NCBI GenBank assembly: GCA_964628805.1
Contig: CAZVOK010000004.1
Location: 20,163 to 84,162, forward strand
Source: an uncultured Candidatus Peribacteria bacterium
GTDB lineage: Bacteria; Patescibacteriota; Gracilibacteria; Peribacterales; Peribacteraceae
Direction: 5' to 3'
DNA: 64,000 nt
Shown: positions 10,259 to 19,874 of the stretch, in pieces
How the letters are laid out: each line of letters opens with the position of its first letter
Position numbering within the stretch: the first letter of the stretch is position 1
The notes under the pieces: model-generated
Told to the model about the DNA's origin: nothing
The model's database searches: none
What the model saw: only the letters and a program-made list of their open reading frames with translations
Program-made: the position numbers and the translations under genes

Positions 10259-10588
10259 TCAAAGAGCTGAAATAGAAGATTCCAAAGAAGAGAGTGCTGC
10301 AGATTCCTCCTGACGCTCATCCTGTTCAATGCCACTACGCACTGAACGTTGCAAGCCATGCGTTTTGGCATTTGTATCTGCGATGTACGCTGCATATTGC
10401 TTATCGTATTCAGCATAAGCTGCCTCATAGCGCGCAGACCTCTTTGCCGCCTCTTCCGGAGTTTCATTTTTATATTTCTCTGGCAACGTAGGAACGATGG
10501 AACTCAAGAGTTCCGGCTCAATCTTCCCCATAATCTGGTCATAAACCTCCTGGCCGCGGCTTATTTCGGGGGTGGATGTATGTGTCAT
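10259..10588 (-). CDS. small conserved hypothetical protein (P1 of the duplicated cassette)
   Basis: 109 aa, clearly paralogous to ORF 12987..13310 (GQEVYD/GQEVFD, IEPEL, KYxxET, ARYxxAxxxYDKxY, IEQD). Confidence 0.6.
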   Translation of the reverse strand: MTHTSTPEISRGQEVYDQIMGKIEPELLSSIVPTLPEKYKNETPEEAAKRSARYEAAYAEYDKQYAAYIADTNAKTHGLQRSVRSGIEQDERQEESAALSSLESSISAL

Positions 10589-10716
10589 AAATCTATAAAT
10601 TATAGCTCAAAACGGCCTTTTTCTCAATATGAAGCTGAATGTGGGCAAAGAGCCCTTTTAGCAGTACAATCCACGTAGTGAATAGGCAGCAATTGACAAT
10701 CCTGCTGCAAATTCCA

Positions 10717-10802
10717 GCCGAGGTGGCGAAATGGCAGACGCACCAGCCTTAGGAGCTGGCGGGAGCAATCCCATGGAGGTTCAAGTCCTCTCCTCGGCAC
10801 CA
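10717..10802 (+). tRNA. tRNA-Leu (anticodon UAG), CCA encoded
   Basis: Acceptor stem GCCGAGG/CCTCGGC, anticodon loop CTTAGGA, long variable arm, T-loop GGTTCAAGTCC, 3' ACCA. Confidence 0.9.
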
Positions 10803-11022
10803 TGAAGCAGACCTCGCTGCGGCTCAGTCGCTTCGTGGCACCGCCCCCCAGAGAACAAATATATCTGCTTCGTGTCCCGCAGTGACACGTTGGCTTAGAG
10901 TAATTTTCGACGTGAAAGTGCCTACTACGGAACTTTTACTCCCGCTTCGCTCTGGCTCAATGACTTCATTGCTCCTTAATCGAGATTTTGCAGAGCTATT
11001 TCCCAAGCCATACTAACCCGCT

Positions 11023-11220
11023 ATGTATTTCGTCTACATTCTGCGCAGCGACAAAGATGGCAATCTGCACACCGGATATACCACGAATATCCAACAGAGG
11101 ATGGCTGATCATGGTCGCGGCAGCTTAAATGCGCTGGCAAGAATCTGCGCTACCTGCGCGCGCGTCGCAGGTGCATCGATGTGCTCAGTGTCTCCCGTAA
11201 AAATAGGAAATTGTTCCTAG
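11023..11220 (+). pseudogene. GIY-YIG nuclease domain remnant (only about the first 30 codons look authentic)
   Basis: MYFVYILRSDKDGNLHTGYTTNIQQRMADH matches GIY-YIG N-termini. The rest of the ORF is the antisense of the SLH gene tail. Confidence 0.5.
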
Positions 11221-11585
11221 ATCGCCACATTCAAGTACGGCTTCGCCCAGTGATTTCCCGCCGGGTACACATCCGGTGCAGCAACAGGAGAGTAGGCGGA
11301 CGCCATCACCGCCATCTTCAGCGCCTGCGCGAGAGCCACGTTGTCTGCCGGGCCAAACTTCCCCGTGGGTTTTCCCTGCGCGTCTTTGTACCCGCTCACA
11401 ATTCCCATTTCCGCTGCGGCCACCACATGCGTGTGGCACCACGCAGAAGAGGGAACATCCGAAAATGTCCAGAACTCCGAGATACTTCCAGATACCGGCG
11501 GTGTCAGTGCGCTGGCCGAGAGAGGAAGGGCGAAGATGAGTGCTGTGGCAATGGAGCATTGGAGGGATAGCATGAGAATTATCAT
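11109..11585 (-). pseudogene. SLH-domain secreted protein interrupted by an in-frame TAG (11217-11219)
   Basis: AGGAGG then ATG, a signal peptide, and SLH-like FSDVPSSAWCHTHVVAAAEMGIVSGYKD. After the TAG the same frame continues EQFPIFTGDTEHIDAPATRAQVAQILASAFKLPRP to a TGA at 11109-11111. Confidence 0.6.
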
Positions 11586-11642
11586 AATCCTCCTAGCGTA
11601 CGAACAAATTGCCCTCTCTACATTTCGATGTACCATAGAAGT

Positions 11643-12377
11643 ATGCCACATCTTACTACTTCCATCGCCGCACTTACTGCCGTGCTCATTCTTACTGCCT
11701 GCAGCCCTGCCACAACCACCGATACAGAAACAGCGTTACCTGTATCTTCGGCACCCGATACACGCGTGAAATTGAATCAGCAAAACCTTTTTGCCATCCG
11801 CGATGTACTTCTAGAGAGAGCCCGAACCGCTCGGCCCGATGAAGAGTACCCGACCATAGATGCGGAATCTGAAGAGGAATTTGATTTGAGCAAGCAAGCA
11901 GAAGCCACAGAGGTACGACCCTACGAAAGTATTTTCTTCGGCATCTCTTTTGATGTTCCATACAATCCTCAGTGGCTGAATGAAACATACATGCTTCCGC
12001 CGACCTATGAAGATCAGCTCAATGGAGAAGTGTCCTTTGGGCCCCTTGTGTACGACTGGCACGGCAACGCATTTTACCGCGGTGCATCCGTGAGAATCAT
12101 TGGCGTACGCACAGCAGAAGCAGCACTACAGGCAGCAGAAGAATCTGAATTCCTCGTAGCGGATTTCAAGCCCGCCATAAAAACTATCGGCGATAAAACT
12201 GTAGTGTCTTACAGTGAAGAGCCGCCTGAATCCGCCGCAATGAACATGGTAGAAATCATCGGACCCAGTTCCAATTATCTTCTGAGCTCTGCCGATATGA
12301 GTCTTACGGAGCTGGAGAAAATTGTGGAAAGCGTGGAATTCATGGAAAAAGCGTCGCCTGAAGCGGCAGGAGAATAG
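11643..12377 (+). CDS. putative lipoprotein, unknown function
   Basis: MPHLTTSIAALTAVLILTAC is a lipobox signal. The length is about 244 aa. Confidence 0.6.
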   Translation: MPHLTTSIAALTAVLILTACSPATTTDTETALPVSSAPDTRVKLNQQNLFAIRDVLLERARTARPDEEYPTIDAESEEEFDLSKQAEATEVRPYESIFFGISFDVPYNPQWLNETYMLPPTYEDQLNGEVSFGPLVYDWHGNAFYRGASVRIIGVRTAEAALQAAEESEFLVADFKPAIKTIGDKTVVSYSEEPPESAAMNMVEIIGPSSNYLLSSADMSLTELEKIVESVEFMEKASPEAAGE

Positions 12378-12387
12378 AATCTGATTC

Positions 12388-12990
12388 CTATTTTCCTTTT
12401 CCAGTAGCTTTCTCCGCACTCTCTTTGTCTGCTAAGTCATCAGCCTTTTCTTTTGCCTTTCCTTGATCGGCCTGAGTTCCAGCCTCCACTTGAGCTGTCG
12501 CCACACCCGTGAGAGGAACTTTGTCTGTTTTCATCCGAGTAGCCGTAGAAGTTTTACTATTCCCCGACACAAGATCTGCCGTTAGTAATTCCTGAGTAAC
12601 CTCCGCAGCATCATCTGCACTTTTATTATGTCTTTCTGCTTCTTTTGTGGCTTTATCATCCACTGTTTTAATGCTCATAGACACGGCAGGCGACACATCG
12701 GCTGCCTGTGTAAGTTTCATTTTTTTCTTTTCTGTATCGTCTAAATTGTCCTTCAGTACTTTGGCATCGACATCTGCCTTTCCCACACGTTCTTTGGTGC
12801 CACCTTCTACAAGTTCCCTCAAATCTTTATCCAATCCATCATCCTGTTTTTCATTTTCATCTTTCTTTTTTTCGGGTTCTGGCTTCACATCTGATGCCTC
12901 TGGAATCAAAGGTTTTTTCAGGGCTTCAGGATCATCGAAACCAATCAATCGATGCTCGGAGAGGCCGATGAATGAAAAGCGCTGTCTCAT
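12388..12990 (-). CDS. K/D/E-rich protein, unknown function (Q2 of the duplicated cassette)
   Basis: ATGA start/stop overlap with the upstream small gene. The N-terminal motif is shared with 8499..10256. Confidence 0.55.
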   Translation of the reverse strand: MRQRFSFIGLSEHRLIGFDDPEALKKPLIPEASDVKPEPEKKKDENEKQDDGLDKDLRELVEGGTKERVGKADVDAKVLKDNLDDTEKKKMKLTQAADVSPAVSMSIKTVDDKATKEAERHNKSADDAAEVTQELLTADLVSGNSKTSTATRMKTDKVPLTGVATAQVEAGTQADQGKAKEKADDLADKESAEKATGKGK

Positions 12991-13310
12991 GAGAATGAAG
13001 CTGAGAGAGTCACGAGTGTAGCATCTTCTTTTGTTTTACTGTCCTGTTCTATGGCCGCAAAAGATGTGCGACGATACTGAGACGCTGCATCGCGCTGCTT
13101 CTGCATATAATTCTCATACGCTTTGTCGTACCCCTCAAAAGCCTTCTGATACCTGGCTTTTCTTTCTGCTTTTTGAGCAGAAGTTTCACCTGCATATTTT
13201 TGAGCCAGGTTCTTTTTTCCTTCCGATGTCAGCTCCGGCTCAATGCCCTGCATGAGTAAATCAAACACCTCTTGGCCTGAGAGAATCTGTGGAGGGAGTG
13301 CGTGTGGCAT
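12987..13310 (-). CDS. small conserved hypothetical protein (P2, paralog of 10259..10588)
   Basis: 107 aa, alignable over its full length with P1. Confidence 0.6.
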   Translation of the reverse strand: MPHALPPQILSGQEVFDLLMQGIEPELTSEGKKNLAQKYAGETSAQKAERKARYQKAFEGYDKAYENYMQKQRDAASQYRRTSFAAIEQDSKTKEDATLVTLSASFS

Positions 13311-13366
13311 ATTTCTGTATAGTATAGCACAAAAGGCTCTCTTTTGAAATTACAAAGCTGAACCAA

Positions 13367-13456
13367 CAAAGATCAAAGCAAAGCGGAATATTGAAAGTTT
13401 AAATTTTAACCTTTTTACTTTGCTTTGATTTTTGAATATTGATAGTTGATCTTTAC
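13367..13456. repeat. AT-rich heptad-word hairpin (CAAAG words)
   Basis: 13372-13383 ATCAAAGCAAAG is perfectly complementary to 13418-13429. The element abuts the mfd stop codon. Confidence 0.6.
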
Positions 13457-16400
13457 GCAGTCACCTCTTTCTTCTTGTCCTTCTTTTTCTCCATCGCTGC
13501 CACCTCCTCAGTTAACTCTTCCAGCCATGGCTTACCTTTAGCCTTCTGCACAAGGGTTGTATCGGAGATGCGAAGCATGTTGCCGCTGATCTTCCACTGC
13601 TGGTTTACAGAGAGCAGCTGCATGATTTCTTTAGCAGTCACGCGCGGGCTCAAGGTCAGTACAATCTCGCGTTCATTTCTGGCGGAGTCTTCCATCTTCA
13701 CGCGCTGTACGCCGGACCTGCGGCATGCCATTTTCAGGCGTAGGATGCGCAGGAGCTCCTGCACTTGATCGGGCGGTTCGCCGTATTCTTCGCGAAGGTC
13801 CGTTTCAAATTCTCCCAGGATGGTTTCATCCTCACTCCCTGCAAGTTTTTGATACACAGAAATTTTCTCTTCGTTATCCGGAATGTAAAACGATGGAATG
13901 AATGCCTCCACTGGCAGCTGGATCTCCACTTGGATCTCTTCCTCCATGTCATCTTTTCGTCCGCTCTTCAGCTCTTCCACTGCGTGCTTCAGCATGCGCA
14001 GGTAGTGGCTCACACCCACAGTCTGCATGGTTCCAGATTGGCTCGCGCCCAGGATTTCTCCTGCTCCGCGAATTTCCAAGTCTCGCATGGCTACCTGGAA
14101 ACCGGACCCAAGCTCGCACGCTTCTACGATGGCGCGCAGGCGCTTTTTCGCATCATCTTTCAGCTTCTGCGTGTGGTACAGGAAATACGCGTACGCCTGC
14201 ACCTTGCCACGCCCTACACGTCCACGAAGCTGGTAGAGCTGTGAGAGACCAAATCTTTCCGCTTCGTTCACAATCAATGTATTCGCATTCGGAAGATCGA
14301 TACCGTTTTCGATGATGGTGGAACTCACAAGCACGTCGTACTTCGCCTCCTTGAAGCTCACAATTCTCTCTTCCAGGTGTTCCGGCTTCAGCTGACCGTG
14401 ACCCACTACGAAAGTAGCTTCCGGAACAAGTGCGCGGAGCTTATTGGCAAAGGCCTCGATGGTTTCTACTCTGTTATGAAGTACGAAGCACTGCCCTCCG
14501 CGCTTCACTTCCGCCAGGATCGCCTGACGCGTGAGTTCATCGCTGTACTTGCGGACTTCGGTGATGATGGGAAGGCGGCCCGGAGGTGGAGTGGTGATGG
14601 TAGTAATATCACGGAGCTTGTGAAGACCAAGATTGAGTGTACGAGGAATAGGCGTAGCAGTGAGTGTCAGAATATCTACAGACGCGCGCAGTTCCTTGAA
14701 TTTTTCTTTCTGCTTCACACCAAACCGCTGCTCTTCATCGATGATCACGAGCCCCAAATCGAAAAACTTCACGTCATCCTGCAGCAAGCGATGCGTTCCA
14801 ATGACAATATTCACATCCCCCTTCCGAAGCTTCTCCAGGGTTACTTTCTGCTCAGCGGCACTGCGGAAACGGCTCATCATTTCTATCTTCAATCCAAAGC
14901 CGCTCATGCGCTCTTTGAAGCTACGGAAGTGCTGATCGGCAAGGATGGTGATAGGAGCAATGACAGCCACCTGCTTGCCGGACTTCGCCGCCTTGAACGC
15001 CGCGCGCATGGCTACTTCCGTTTTTCCAAATCCCACATCTCCGCAGACAAGTCTGTCCATAGGATGATCGCTTTCCATGTCTTTCTTGATGTCCTGAATC
15101 GCTTTCATCTGGCCTGGAGTTTCGGTGTACGGGAACGATGCCTCGAAAGCCAATTGTTCTTTCGTATCATCCCCAAAAGAGTGTCCGCGAGCTTTGGCAC
15201 GCTCGGCGTACAAGTTCAAGAGTTCCTTCGCAATGAGGCGTGTTTCATCCTTCATTTTATCTGTCAGGCGTTTCCACTCTACGGTTCCAAGCCTTGTGAG
15301 CACCGGCTCATCGCCTTCTTCGTGCACGAACTTCGAAAGCTTATCGGCCTGATCCACCGGCACAAACAATTTGTCGCCACCGGCGTAGGTGAGCTCCAGA
15401 TACTCGCGAGAGATGTCGTCGATGGTCTTCTGTGTCATCCCCTCAAAGTGCCCAATACCATGATCCATGTGCACTACGTAATCGCCTGCCTGGAGGGATG
15501 TAATGAAGTCCAAGGCCAGCTTTGCCACTCCTCTCTGCTTTCCGGATTTCTTCAAAGAAAAGATCTCGCGGTCTGTGAGCAATGCGCACTGCAGGTCGGG
15601 GTTTTGGAGTGAGTGGGGGAGCAAGTCACTCTCATCGGCATTAAGCAGCGTGATGGCCCCTTGGCGCCTCTCTACGTCGATCGTATGAGGGATGCGTTCC
15701 TCTTTCAGGATCTGCGCGAGCTCATCGCGGCGCTTGCTTACCACAATCAGCGTCCAGTCCTGCTGAAGCTTATCGCGGATGTCGTTCAAGAAATCTGTCA
15801 GCGTGTAGAACTTCAGTACTGAGAGATAGCGCAGGTGCACGTGGTTTTTCTGGCCGTCTGGAAATGCTGTGAATACCAGCGTGGCGGATTTGTCCGGTAG
15901 CTCCATTTCATCCTGATCATCTGTCACCAGTAACACATCTTCTGGAAGCTGACGCCCGAGCGTACTGGTTTTGGTGAATACCGATGGAAAAATAACACAC
16001 TCTTTTCCGGCATCTTCCGTGTGCGATAAATCTTCCGTATCTACCTTCAAAATACTGGTGACTGTATCGAAATCAAAAAGAATACGAAATGATGAAAGTG
16101 CCTGCACCGGGTAAATATCCAGCGTATCCCCGATTCTGCGGTACTCGCCCGGTTGCAGATATAAATCGTTTCCATGTTTGTATCCCCGCTCGATAAGCTC
16201 TTCGAATAAATGCGTGAACTCCACTTTCTCTCCTGCTTTTAGTGTAATTTTTCTCTTCTCCATGTCTTTGAATTCCGGGAATTCCGTATCCCACGTCTCC
16301 CGTGTAATCATGAAAATCTCCGATGCGTCCCCTGCTTTTTTCTTTTCCTTGGACTCCTGCATGAAGAGTAAAAACTGATGCAAGTTCAAAGGAATAAGTG

Positions 16401-16659
16401 CTCCATCTTCCGTATGCACCGAGCCGAAGTTATGAACTTTTTGCTTAAAGAACTCCAGCCAGTGCGCCAGTGTCTCACTCGATTCCTCGTCCTTTGTGAC
16501 AAGCAATGATTTTGTCGGCTGGAAAAAGAGCAAGTGACTGAGCATGAGCGCCTTGGCGGTCTCATTGGATGTTCCAGACACCATCAGACCCTTCTCTTTG
16601 CGGAGAAGTTCATAGAGTTCCCGGTGCGTGTCTTTTCCTAGAAGGAGAGAGGGGAGCAT
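13453..16659 (-). CDS. mfd: transcription-repair coupling factor
   Basis: 1068 aa with a CarD/TRCF RNAP-interacting region, SF2 helicase motifs (GDVGFGKTEVA, DEEQRFG, TATPIPRT, LRGRVGR) and a TRCF C-terminal domain. Confidence 0.93.
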   Translation of the reverse strand: MLPSLLLGKDTHRELYELLRKEKGLMVSGTSNETAKALMLSHLLFFQPTKSLLVTKDEESSETLAHWLEFFKQKVHNFGSVHTEDGALIPLNLHQFLLFMQESKEKKKAGDASEIFMITRETWDTEFPEFKDMEKRKITLKAGEKVEFTHLFEELIERGYKHGNDLYLQPGEYRRIGDTLDIYPVQALSSFRILFDFDTVTSILKVDTEDLSHTEDAGKECVIFPSVFTKTSTLGRQLPEDVLLVTDDQDEMELPDKSATLVFTAFPDGQKNHVHLRYLSVLKFYTLTDFLNDIRDKLQQDWTLIVVSKRRDELAQILKEERIPHTIDVERRQGAITLLNADESDLLPHSLQNPDLQCALLTDREIFSLKKSGKQRGVAKLALDFITSLQAGDYVVHMDHGIGHFEGMTQKTIDDISREYLELTYAGGDKLFVPVDQADKLSKFVHEEGDEPVLTRLGTVEWKRLTDKMKDETRLIAKELLNLYAERAKARGHSFGDDTKEQLAFEASFPYTETPGQMKAIQDIKKDMESDHPMDRLVCGDVGFGKTEVAMRAAFKAAKSGKQVAVIAPITILADQHFRSFKERMSGFGLKIEMMSRFRSAAEQKVTLEKLRKGDVNIVIGTHRLLQDDVKFFDLGLVIIDEEQRFGVKQKEKFKELRASVDILTLTATPIPRTLNLGLHKLRDITTITTPPPGRLPIITEVRKYSDELTRQAILAEVKRGGQCFVLHNRVETIEAFANKLRALVPEATFVVGHGQLKPEHLEERIVSFKEAKYDVLVSSTIIENGIDLPNANTLIVNEAERFGLSQLYQLRGRVGRGKVQAYAYFLYHTQKLKDDAKKRLRAIVEACELGSGFQVAMRDLEIRGAGEILGASQSGTMQTVGVSHYLRMLKHAVEELKSGRKDDMEEEIQVEIQLPVEAFIPSFYIPDNEEKISVYQKLAGSEDETILGEFETDLREEYGEPPDQVQELLRILRLKMACRRSGVQRVKMEDSARNEREIVLTLSPRVTAKEIMQLLSVNQQWKISGNMLRISDTTLVQKAKGKPWLEELTEEVAAMEKKKDKKKEVTA

Positions 16660-16827
16660 GAGCTCTAAACCTTGCGAATACTAAAAAAATGATCTCCTTG
16701 CATAGTCATGAAAGAGCCTTCTTTTTGGCTCCGTTTCATGTGTAGTACCGATGCAATGTATGAGGATGATAGGTGGTTTTTTCCACATTTCAAGCCATTT
16801 TAAAGGGAAAAACACACATCATCAGCA

Positions 16828-17973
16828 TCAATCCTGCATTCGGAGCGGCATGATCAAATGCAGAAACTCCGGCTCATTCGCCAACTTAAAGACCGCCGGA
16901 TGCATGGCGTCTGTCATTTGCATTTCAAAAGCATCGGCGGACATGTGGCTCAGAAAGTCTAACAAGAAGGATGAGCTAAGCGCAATCTTTCCTTCTTCAC
17001 CCGATACCTCTACGGAAAGTTCTGCTTCATCTTTTCCTATCTGCGTCTGAGGAGTAGAGATCTTCGCTGCGTTTCCATTGAGATGAAAGGTAAGATTATT
17101 ATTGATCTCTTTTGCAAAGTAATGGAGACGCTTCACGGACACTGTAAATTCATTGGTGGCAAACACAGCCTTGGTCTTCACTTCTTTTGGAATGATTTGA
17201 TTGTAATTTGGAAATTTTCCTTCAATGAGTCTGGAGAGTAATCGAACCCGTCCGGCACGGAGTTCTATCTGCTGCTTTCCCAGTAACACTTCCACTTTTG
17301 TAGAATCATTCAGTACTTCACCCTCTTCAGGTTTCTTCTCGCCTTTCTTTCCTGAGAGTACAGACTTTAATTCCTCCAAGATTTTTGCCGGAACAATGCA
17401 CACGAAGTCCTCCCCTGTTCCATCACCAGCAATGGTGTACTCCGATAAACGGTAGCTATCTGTAGCCACGAGCACCATTTTGCCTTTCTCGCGAGAGATA
17501 TACACACCGGAAAGTACAGGGCGAAGGCTTGTTTTTGCGGATGCGAATGTCACTAAGTGAAGTGCACGCAAAAGGGGAGCTGCATCTAATGTAAAAGAGT
17601 TTTCTGTTTCCACTCTACTGATAGTCGGATAATCATTGGCGCTTTCTCCGGCAATCATCGTCTTTGCATGGGCGGATGTACATTTCAGCTGTGTTCCCTC
17701 TATCACCTCCAGAGTTACTTCCGGATCATTATTGTACTGAGCAAAGTTCACAATGGCCTTTGCTGGAATAGTGATGGACCCTTCACTTTCTACTATTCCC
17801 GTAAAGCTTGTGACTACGCTCAGCTCTAAATCTGTAGCACTGAGCGTGCAAGTATTTCCTTTCACTTCAAATAAAATATTTCCCAGGATTGGAAGAGCTT
17901 GTTGACTTCCGATCGCTCGGCTCGCGAGGTGGAGAGATTCCAAGAGCTCTGAAGTATTGCAGGAAAGTTTCAT
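16828..17973 (-). CDS. dnaN: DNA polymerase III beta sliding clamp
   Basis: 381 aa. MKLSCNTSELLESLHLASRAI...LPILGNILFEV is a typical DnaN N-terminus, with three-domain length and a C-terminal LIMPLRM-like tail. Confidence 0.9.
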   Translation of the reverse strand: MKLSCNTSELLESLHLASRAIGSQQALPILGNILFEVKGNTCTLSATDLELSVVTSFTGIVESEGSITIPAKAIVNFAQYNNDPEVTLEVIEGTQLKCTSAHAKTMIAGESANDYPTISRVETENSFTLDAAPLLRALHLVTFASAKTSLRPVLSGVYISREKGKMVLVATDSYRLSEYTIAGDGTGEDFVCIVPAKILEELKSVLSGKKGEKKPEEGEVLNDSTKVEVLLGKQQIELRAGRVRLLSRLIEGKFPNYNQIIPKEVKTKAVFATNEFTVSVKRLHYFAKEINNNLTFHLNGNAAKISTPQTQIGKDEAELSVEVSGEEGKIALSSSFLLDFLSHMSADAFEMQMTDAMHPAVFKLANEPEFLHLIMPLRMQD

Positions 17974-18400
17974 ATAATTTTTTACCTAATGAATAAATAA
18001 AATAATTAATTTATATAATTAGTCATCATAATGATATCTTCCTTAAAGGGATGAATTCTACTCTTATTCTGTGGAAATCGAAGGGTAAGTTTTTTGGGTT
18101 TTGGCTTCCACTACAGCAATCGTGTTTTTTCGTACAAATAAGTTGTGTGGGAGGGGTGTGGATAACTCGTGGAAAACCACCCCCTCAGAGGAGGAAAGGG
18201 TGAATTTTATGATTTTGGCTTACTGTAGCTAAAAGGTGAAATTTCCTGTGGAGACATGTGGATAACTTGGGAGGAACCCTCCAAAAAGTTATCCACAGGC
18301 AGTGTGGATAACTCGGCCATCCAAAGGGGTACCAAAAGTTATCCACAGGGGGTGTGGATAAGTATGCTTTTGATCTTTTTGGCCATTGAAAGCCAAGTGG
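17974..18400. other. candidate chromosomal replication origin (oriC): AT-rich unwinding stretch plus DnaA-box cluster
   Basis: 17974-18050 is visibly very AT-rich by eye. Six perfect TTATCCACA/TGTGGATAA boxes follow (see next feature). The region is directly upstream of dnaN. Confidence 0.75.
18157..18361. promoter_or_regulatory. six perfect DnaA boxes
   Basis: TGTGGATAA at 18157, 18257, 18303 and 18353. TTATCCACA at 18289 and 18339. Two convergent pairs have the form AAAAGTTATCCACAGGnnGTGTGGATAA. Confidence 0.85.
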
Positions 18401-18527
18401 ATATCAAATATCAAACTTCAAAGTTACAAACATCAAAGAAATTCTAAAGATCAAAGATTAAATTTTAATCTTTCTCAATTATTTAACATTTCTTTGACAT
18501 TTAATGTTTGTAACTTTGATCTTTACC
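18401..18527. repeat. AT-rich heptad-word long hairpin (ATATCAA/CAAAG words)
   Basis: 18418-18433 TCAAAGTTACAAACAT is perfectly complementary to 18504-18519. The flanks are 7-nt periodic arrays. Confidence 0.65.
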
Positions 18528-19824
18528 TCTCTAGAGCCGACTTTCTGTACTTCTCTCTTTCCTGAGGCTTCGGTGCAGCAGCTGTATTCGGCTTCACATT
18601 CATCACTCCTTCTTTCATCTTCACAAAGCTTTCATCGGGCACATCTTCAATCACAAATGTTCCACCGCTCACAAACGTTCCCTTGCCGATCTTCACTCCG
18701 GGATTGATGCCAGTATGAATCCCAATGCGGCAATCGGGCCCGATGATAGTTCCAAACTTCGTGAGGCCTGTGGGCAGGTGTTCCCCTTCCCAATGGGATG
18801 TGATTTCTGCTTCATCAAGGCGTAGGTTTCCGGTCACACATCCGGCGCCAAATGACACATTGCTCGCCACCACGCTATCTCCAATGTATGTGGAGTGCGT
18901 CCACACGTGATCTGCCAACACACTGCCTTTCACTTCCGTGTTGTACCCAATCACGCAGTGCCGGCCCACGCTGGAATCTCTCACAAGTGCATTATTGCCG
19001 ATGACCGAGTGTGCACCGATGGTACATGGCCCCACGATGGTTGCATGCGGCAGCACGCGTACTCCTTCTTCTAGGACTACGTTTCCCTCGATCACTGCAG
19101 TTGGGTGAATGGAGGCAGTTTTATGGATAGAAGGCTTTTTGATGTCTTTGAGCAGCAGAGGCAATAAAGGAAGCAGATGCCACGAGTGTTTCACGGCCTG
19201 CCAGCTTCCTTCATACGGAAGCGCTACGTAATTATGACTTTGAAAAAGTTCCTGAAGAGCTACCTCATACTTATCATCTTTATCACTAGAGACTTTCTTG
19301 AGTGCGTCAAAAAGTACAGATGCATCACGGTGGACATGGGCGACAATGTTCACAAGATCACTCGGCTCTTTTCCTTCGCCTGGTTTCTCCACAATCCCGG
19401 CAATCCGTTCCTCTTCCAGTGTCAGATATCCGCCTGGGAAATATCTATCCACTTTTCTGGCAAGGATCACGCCGTTTGCATCTTTCACTTTCAAAAGTTC
19501 TGCGTACGCAGAAGGCTCAATGACATCGTTGCTCGAGACAATCAGCACGGGATTATTTCCGAGTGACGGCAGGGCGCTCAAGAGCGCGCCATGCATCCCG
19601 AGTTCCAAGTCTTCCTGTTCAATCGCTTTCAGGGACGGACAAACGGACTGTGCATCTTTTAAATTGTGTGCCCCACCTACCAAGATGATGTCTGTAATAC
19701 CTCCTTCTTTGAGTCTCTCCACCTGATGCTCCAGGAGTGTTTTTCCGCAGAGAGGAAAGAGTGCCTTTTCCGAGAGCGGCCAAAAGCGACGGGAACGGCC
19801 GGCGAGGAGGAGGAGGGCGTGCAT
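18523..19824 (-). CDS. sugar-phosphate nucleotidyltransferase with C-terminal left-handed beta-helix (GlmU/GCD1-like)
   Basis: The N-terminal LLLAGRSRRFWP...K motif is NTP_transferase-like. The C-terminal half has hexapeptide-repeat character. Confidence 0.7.
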   Translation of the reverse strand: MHALLLLAGRSRRFWPLSEKALFPLCGKTLLEHQVERLKEGGITDIILVGGAHNLKDAQSVCPSLKAIEQEDLELGMHGALLSALPSLGNNPVLIVSSNDVIEPSAYAELLKVKDANGVILARKVDRYFPGGYLTLEEERIAGIVEKPGEGKEPSDLVNIVAHVHRDASVLFDALKKVSSDKDDKYEVALQELFQSHNYVALPYEGSWQAVKHSWHLLPLLPLLLKDIKKPSIHKTASIHPTAVIEGNVVLEEGVRVLPHATIVGPCTIGAHSVIGNNALVRDSSVGRHCVIGYNTEVKGSVLADHVWTHSTYIGDSVVASNVSFGAGCVTGNLRLDEAEITSHWEGEHLPTGLTKFGTIIGPDCRIGIHTGINPGVKIGKGTFVSGGTFVIEDVPDESFVKMKEGVMNVKPNTAAAPKPQEREKYRKSALER

Positions 19825-19874
19825 TGAGGCGTATTGTAGAGGAATACGTGCCTCGCCACTAGGAGCCTTTGAGA

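Noticed and set aside
10824-11006. 60-aa minus-strand ORF between tRNA-Leu and the GIY-YIG remnant
   Set aside because: It has no SD, no motif and odd composition. The region more likely represents decayed mobile-element or non-coding DNA.
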